DNA of 60,281 nucleotides from an uncultured Muribaculaceae bacterium (GTDB lineage Bacteria; Bacillota_I; Bacilli_A; RF39; UBA660): NCBI GenBank assembly GCA_964430695.1, contig CAYSFO010000002.1, positions 1 to 60,281 of the forward strand, read 5' to 3'. Shown piece by piece: positions 56,555 to 60,281 of this stretch (position 1 is its first letter; each line of letters starts with the position of its first letter). The notes under the pieces were generated by a model. It saw only the letters and a program-made list of their open reading frames with translations, ran no database searches and was not told where the DNA came from. The position numbers and the translations under genes were made by a program.

Positions 56555-57007
56555 TTATAACACACGATCACACAAATCTTCATATTGTTTTCCATGCGGT
56601 TCAAATATAAGTACTCTGGTATTTTCATCAATTACTTTAAATTTAATATCTAATCTTTCTTCAGGTAAGCAATTACAAATTAAATCAGACCATTCAACTA
56701 TAGAAACTCCACCACGTTCAAAATATTCATCAAAGCCAACATTTTCACATGCACCTTCTAAACGATATACATCCATATGAAATAAAGGCATTTCTCCATC
56801 TAAATATTCTTTTACTAAATTAAATGTAGGAGAAGTAACATTTTCCTCTATTTCTAAAGCACTGGCAAACCCTTTAACAAAGACAGTTTTTCCACTTCCC
56901 AGTTCCCCTTCTAGGCAAATGACCATATTTGGAAACTTTTCACTTTCTATATTTTGTGCTAATTCTAACGTATCTTGTTCGCTTCTTGATGTAAATCTAT
57001 AGTCCAT
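56555..57007 (-). CDS. tsaE: tRNA threonylcarbamoyladenosine biosynthesis ATPase TsaE
   Basis: LEGELGSGKTVFVKG Walker A, SPTFNLV, HMDVYRL motifs. Start set at the ATG at 57007 after AGGTGA. Confidence 0.9.
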   Translation of the reverse strand: MDYRFTSRSEQDTLELAQNIESEKFPNMVICLEGELGSGKTVFVKGFASALEIEENVTSPTFNLVKEYLDGEMPLFHMDVYRLEGACENVGFDEYFERGGVSIVEWSDLICNCLPEERLDIKFKVIDENTRVLIFEPHGKQYEDLCDRVL

Positions 57008-57169
57008 TATTATCACCTATAAATATTATAACAAAAGATAAGAAATGAATTCAATATATTATACAGAGTTTGACAACAAAAAAAGAATTTTATTTCTTCT
57101 CCTAACAGACAACTAGATTAGTCTTACTACTTATTCTTACAAGTACAAACAGCTTAGATTTTTATATTT

Positions 57170-57182
57170 GGGGGTTTTGGAA
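57170..57182 (+). repeat. GGGGGTTTTGGAA motif, copy 3 of 3
   Basis: Exact 13-mer. Here it lies in the 5' leader, 3 nt upstream of the SD of peptide gene C. Confidence 0.8.
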
Positions 57183-57199
57183 AGTAGGAGGAGGCAGTT

Positions 57200-57286
57200 A
57201 TGAACAAAGAATATGTGCTTATTTTAGTATATGTACTTCTAGTAATTATAATTATGTTAATCGTTGTTATTCTTCGATTAGTATAA
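57200..57286 (+). CDS. 28-aa hydrophobic peptide, candidate type I toxin (copy C, divergent)
   Basis: MNKEYVLILVYVLLVIIIMLIVVILRLV. SD AGGAGGAGG (57186-57194). Antisense to all neighbouring genes. Confidence 0.5.
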   Translation: MNKEYVLILVYVLLVIIIMLIVVILRLV

Positions 57287-57385
57287 AAAACAGACGCTAA
57301 CCAAAAACATGCATAAATATACACTTTAAATGGTATAGCGTCTTTAATCCAAACGTAAGGCGTTATCAAAATTGGTAACACTTAC
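57285..57385 (-). ncRNA. candidate antitoxin sRNA C (~100 nt)
   Basis: Minus-strand TTGTAA-16-TATAAT (57419-57392). Long stem AGACGCUA(U)ACCA...UGGUUAGCGUCU (57343-57292) plus GUUUUUUAU, ending at the peptide stop codon. Confidence 0.4.
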
Positions 57386-57419
57386 AATTTAATTATAGTC
57401 TTTTTTATATAAATTACAA

Positions 57420-57611
57420 CTACTTTTTTTCTTCTATTTTTATTTCATAATTACATGCTTTTAATATTTTTAAAAACATTTTTAAATTGATTTCGTTTAC
57501 TCCACCTTCATATCTCGCATATTGCTGTTGCTTTATCCCTAATTTACTTGCTAATTCTTGTTGGGAATATCCTCTTGATTTTCTAAGAATTTTTAAATTG
57601 ACTATATTCAT
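57420..57611 (-). CDS. XRE-family HTH transcriptional regulator (63 aa)
   Basis: MNIVNLKILRKSRGYSQQELASKLGIKQQQYARYEGG. The ATG overlaps the TGA of the upstream surface-protein gene (ATGA). Confidence 0.8.
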   Translation of the reverse strand: MNIVNLKILRKSRGYSQQELASKLGIKQQQYARYEGGVNEINLKMFLKILKACNYEIKIEEKK

Positions 57612-58912
57612 GATAACACCCATGGCTTTGCCTTTGTTCCAGATCCACTAGCCGCCGCGACTCCAGCCTTTAGAGTAACGATAGGGCGAAGATAAGCATA
57701 GGAGTAGGTGGGGCTATCGTACAAGGAACCCCAGTTACTGCCGACTAGGGAGCTATTAACCACGTCCCCATCAGGATAAACGACACGTCCGTTGAAGTAC
57801 GAGTACTGATCGTCAAGTGACTGAAAGAAACGGGAAGCTAACCAGTAAATAGTTGCAGTCGTTGTGGCAGTTACTTTATTCGCTACCAATGTTCCTACTG
57901 CTGTTTTTACTAATTCGGTATCTGTTTCATATTCTATATCTCCACATCCACTTGTTTCTTTACTATTATCTGTTGTATGACTTGTTCCACATGTTTCTTT
58001 GGATAATGTTGCTGTTAGAAATTCTGTTTGACCATTGAATCCCATATGTCTTGTTGTGAGTGTATATTCATAGTTAGCATATAGACTTGCTAACGTATTT
58101 AGTGCTCCAACGAAATTTTTATACCCTGTTTGTCCATTAAATGTAACTGCTGTACTTGATACATATTCGGATACCATTTCGATTGTTCCATCATTATTAA
58201 TTCGAATGATTCTCCATAGTTTTAGTTCACTCGGTTTGATAGTAACAGTACTTGTATGTCCAGTGAGAGCTTTTGGTACAACATAAGAAGCTATGGTTGG
58301 TGTCATTTGGACATACTCTCCTACTTGAGCAGTTGCTGCTAGTCCTGTTTTCGTAGTTGCCGTTGTATCTCCTACACATCCTTTCGTTCCTTTTACCCCA
58401 AATATTGTGACTCCACAAGCTATATTTCCTGCTTTTAAGTTACTATCTCCTTTGATTGTTTGTGCTCCACTTAGGTATTGACTTGCACTTATTGTTTGAT
58501 TACTTGTTCCTGGGGTATAGGTTGATGCTCCTTTGCTTGGTATTGTTCCCGTTACTTTTGCTCCATTTACATACGCTGTTTTATCTTTTAGTATTTGTGC
58601 TGCTGTTGCATCTGCATCACTTGTATAGGTTCCTGTGACTCCTCCTATACTTTGGCCTTGTGCTATTTTTGATGCTGGTATTTCTAATGTTCCTACTACT
58701 AACTTTCCTTGCACATACGCACTCTTTCCACTTAGAATACTATCTGCTGTCGCATCTCCACTTGTACTACATATATTTAAGCTCCCATTTAATTCATCTA
58801 ATGCACTTGTTACTGTATCCTCTTGGTATAGAACTTCATCACTTGTTATTGCTTTTACTTGTGGTATTGTTATTAATGTTATTAATATTATTGTTTTTAT
58901 TATCCTTTTCAT
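57608..58912 (-). CDS. secreted surface protein, paralogue 1: signal peptide, tail-fibre-like GDATA..IL.GK.AYV.G..V.GT repeats, lectin-like C-terminal domain with variable loop
   Basis: 434 aa. Signal peptide MKRIIKTIILITLITIPQVKA. Three A-A--IL-GK-AYV-G repeats. KLWRIIRINNDGTIEMVSEYV core. C-terminal YWLASR...[46 variable aa]...LRPIVTLK...GSGTKAKPWVLS. Confidence 0.8.
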   Translation of the reverse strand: MKRIIKTIILITLITIPQVKAITSDEVLYQEDTVTSALDELNGSLNICSTSGDATADSILSGKSAYVQGKLVVGTLEIPASKIAQGQSIGGVTGTYTSDADATAAQILKDKTAYVNGAKVTGTIPSKGASTYTPGTSNQTISASQYLSGAQTIKGDSNLKAGNIACGVTIFGVKGTKGCVGDTTATTKTGLAATAQVGEYVQMTPTIASYVVPKALTGHTSTVTIKPSELKLWRIIRINNDGTIEMVSEYVSSTAVTFNGQTGYKNFVGALNTLASLYANYEYTLTTRHMGFNGQTEFLTATLSKETCGTSHTTDNSKETSGCGDIEYETDTELVKTAVGTLVANKVTATTTATIYWLASRFFQSLDDQYSYFNGRVVYPDGDVVNSSLVGSNWGSLYDSPTYSYAYLRPIVTLKAGVAAASGSGTKAKPWVLS

Positions 58913-59115
58913 ATACTACCTCTCTCTATCTCGTATTCTATACTTCCATAGTCACTTATATTTCTCCATAATAGCAACTTATTCTTTCTTCCCCTTCGAT
59001 TTCTTTATCTATGATACTATAACACTTGCTATTTGATTCCATTTATTAGTTCTATTATATGGAAGGTCAGGGACATCCTAAGGCTTTCCTTGAAACTGTA
59101 TTTTCTTCATCCATT

Positions 59116-60281
59116 TTATGATAACACCCAAGGTTTTGCTTTCGTTCCCGATCCAGAACTAGCAGAGACTCCAGATTTTAGAGTGATGATAGGCCGAATC
59201 GCAACGTAATGGTTGGAGCTGCTGAGGTTCATATACCCATAGTCATACAGGTCGACGCCGAGAATAGTCCCAGAAGTGTACACGATATGCCCGCGCCAGT
59301 AATAGCTCGTGGAACTGATATAGTAGAAAATACGCGAAGCAAGCCAATAAGTTGTTGCAGTCGTCGTGGCAGTGACTTTATTTGCTACTAATGTTCCTAC
59401 TGCTGCTTGCACTAGATTAGTATCCGTTTCATATCCTATATCTCCACATCCACTTGTTTCTTTACTATTATCTGTTGTTGAACTTGTTCCACACGTCTCT
59501 TGAGATAATGTCGCTGTTAGGAATTCTGTTTGTCCATTATATCCCATATGTCTAGTCGTTAGTGTATATTCATAGTTTGCATACAGACTTGCTAATGTAT
59601 TTAGTGCTCCTACTAAATTTAAGTATCCTTCTTTTCCATTAAATGTAACTGCTGTACTTGATACATATTCTGATACCATTTCTATTGTTCCATCATTGTT
59701 GATTCTTATGATTCTCCATAATTTCAATTCACTTGGTTTTAAAGTAACCGTACTCGTAGCTCCAGTGAGAGCTTTTGGCACAACATAAGAAGCTATGGTT
59801 GGTGTCATTTGAACATACTCTCCTACTTGAGCAGTAGCGGCTAATCCTGTCTTTGTAGTTGCCGTTGTATCTCCTACACATCCTTTGGTTCCTTTTACCC
59901 CAAATATGGTAACTCCACATCTTATAGCATTAGGACTTAAAGCAATATCTCCTTTGATTGTTTGTGCTCCACTTAGATATTGACCTGCACTTATTGTTTG
60001 ATTTGTTGTTCCTGGGGTATACGTTGCTGCTCCTTTGCTTGGTATTGTTCCTGTTACTTTTGCTCCATTTACATACGCTGTTTTATCTTTTAGTATTTGT
60101 GCTGCTGTTGCATCTGCATCACTTGTATAGGTTCCTGTGACTCCTCCTATACTTTGGCCTTGTGCTATTTTTGATGCTGGTATTTCTAATGTTCCTACCA
60201 CTAACTTTCCTTGTACATATGCCGTTTTTCCACTTAGGATTTCTTCTGATGTGGCATCTCCACTTATTGCACATATGTTTA
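59116..60281 (-). CDS. secreted surface protein, paralogue 2 (5' end beyond the right edge)
   Basis: The frame stays open to the window edge (...NICAISGDATSEEILSGKTAYVQGKLVVGTLEIP...). Near-identical to paralogue 1 except for the C-terminal variable segment. Confidence 0.8.
   Translation of the reverse strand, partial: NICAISGDATSEEILSGKTAYVQGKLVVGTLEIPASKIAQGQSIGGVTGTYTSDADATAAQILKDKTAYVNGAKVTGTIPSKGAATYTPGTTNQTISAGQYLSGAQTIKGDIALSPNAIRCGVTIFGVKGTKGCVGDTTATTKTGLAATAQVGEYVQMTPTIASYVVPKALTGATSTVTLKPSELKLWRIIRINNDGTIEMVSEYVSSTAVTFNGKEGYLNLVGALNTLASLYANYEYTLTTRHMGYNGQTEFLTATLSQETCGTSSTTDNSKETSGCGDIGYETDTNLVQAAVGTLVANKVTATTTATTYWLASRIFYYISSTSYYWRGHIVYTSGTILGVDLYDYGYMNLSSSNHYVAIRPIITLKSGVSASSGSGTKAKPWVLS

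Larger units (their letters stand above)
57608..60281. repeat. tandem direct duplication, unit about 1.5 kb
   Basis: 57830-58779 aligns with 59332-60281 (offset 1502). 57608-57691 aligns with 59116-59199 (offset 1508). The intervening 138/132 nt are not alignable. Confidence 0.85.

Noticed and set aside
57154-57381. 75-aa minus-strand ORF covering the module C region
   Set aside because: It has no SD and a low-complexity Ile/Thr/Tyr-rich sequence. It overlaps the better-supported peptide ORF and the predicted sRNA terminator, so it is most likely non-coding.
58456-60140. Several Leu/His-rich plus-strand ORFs (58456-58638, 58635-59036, 58660-58971, 59958-60140) and internal minus-strand ORFs (58227-58418, 59729-59920)
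   Set aside because: They are alternative-frame or antisense shadows of the two surface-protein paralogues. They are duplicated only because the underlying DNA is duplicated.
57020-60281. Calling a complete diversity-generating retroelement
   Set aside because: No reverse transcriptase, Avd-like gene or A-rich template repeat is present anywhere in this window. The two variable segments differ in length (138 vs 132 nt) and at third codon positions, so they cannot derive from one template. This is retained only as a testable hypothesis in the findings.
57608-60281. Prophage tail module
   Set aside because: Tail-fibre-like repeats are present, but there are no capsid, terminase, portal, tape-measure, integrase or lysis genes. 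The proteins also carry Sec signal peptides.
1-60281. CRISPR arrays, tRNA/rRNA genes, integrases or IS elements
   Set aside because: Scanning both strands revealed no regularly spaced short repeats, no tRNA-like cloverleaf candidates in intergenic regions, no rRNA-like GC-rich blocks, and no integrase or classical transposase ORFs apart from the Rpn-type gene.

Overview
AT-rich (by eye about 30% GC) Bacillota-type chromosome segment. It uses the standard genetic code, since TAA, TAG and TGA all terminate well-conserved genes. Almost all genes are on the minus strand.

Layout:
(1) 1-7.2 kb: conserved rimP-nusA-ylxR-infB-rbfA-truB-rpsO-pnp block. It carries lineage-specific changes: a RidA gene inserted after nusA, two orphan ORFs, no ylxQ, no ribF, and a short RimP.
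(2) 7.3-14.4 kb: a UPF0316 membrane protein, a 1391-aa repeat protein ending in a SleB-type cell-wall hydrolase domain, a secreted Cys-repeat/lectin-like protein, and a double-HTH XRE regulator.
(3) 14.5-17.8 kb: pyruvate:ferredoxin oxidoreductase.
(4) 18.3-48 kb: a roughly 30-kb cell-envelope glycan locus. It contains TagO/WecA, GtrA, many GT2/GT4 enzymes, an Alg14/Alg13-like pair, a TagGH-like ABC exporter, a Wzx flippase, Wzy/ligase-like proteins, several GT-C-like polytopic proteins and two unusual fusions. A small island (Rpn-type PD-(D/E)XK nuclease plus a stop-interrupted gene) interrupts it.
(5) 48.1-54 kb: a cohesin-like membrane anchor, a dockerin-bearing GH73-like autolysin, an LCP ligase and an acetyltransferase.
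(6) 54.5-57 kb: tsaE-tsaB-rimI-tsaD.
(7) Right edge: tandem paralogues of a secreted lectin-like protein.

Most interesting signals:
(a) Three unannotated type I toxin-antitoxin-like modules at about 20.3, 46.3 and 57.2 kb. Each has a 22-28 aa hydrophobic peptide gene and a convergent sRNA with its own terminator. All three share a 13-nt G-rich motif. Two of them bracket 26 kb of the glycan locus as direct repeats.
(b) Both tandem surface-protein paralogues carry a short C-terminal segment that is hypervariable, about 50% GC and rich in C-ending codons, between conserved flanks. This resembles a DGR variable region, but no RT or template repeat is present in this window.
(c) A cohesin/dockerin pairing for a peptidoglycan hydrolase.

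No tRNA, rRNA or CRISPR array was seen.
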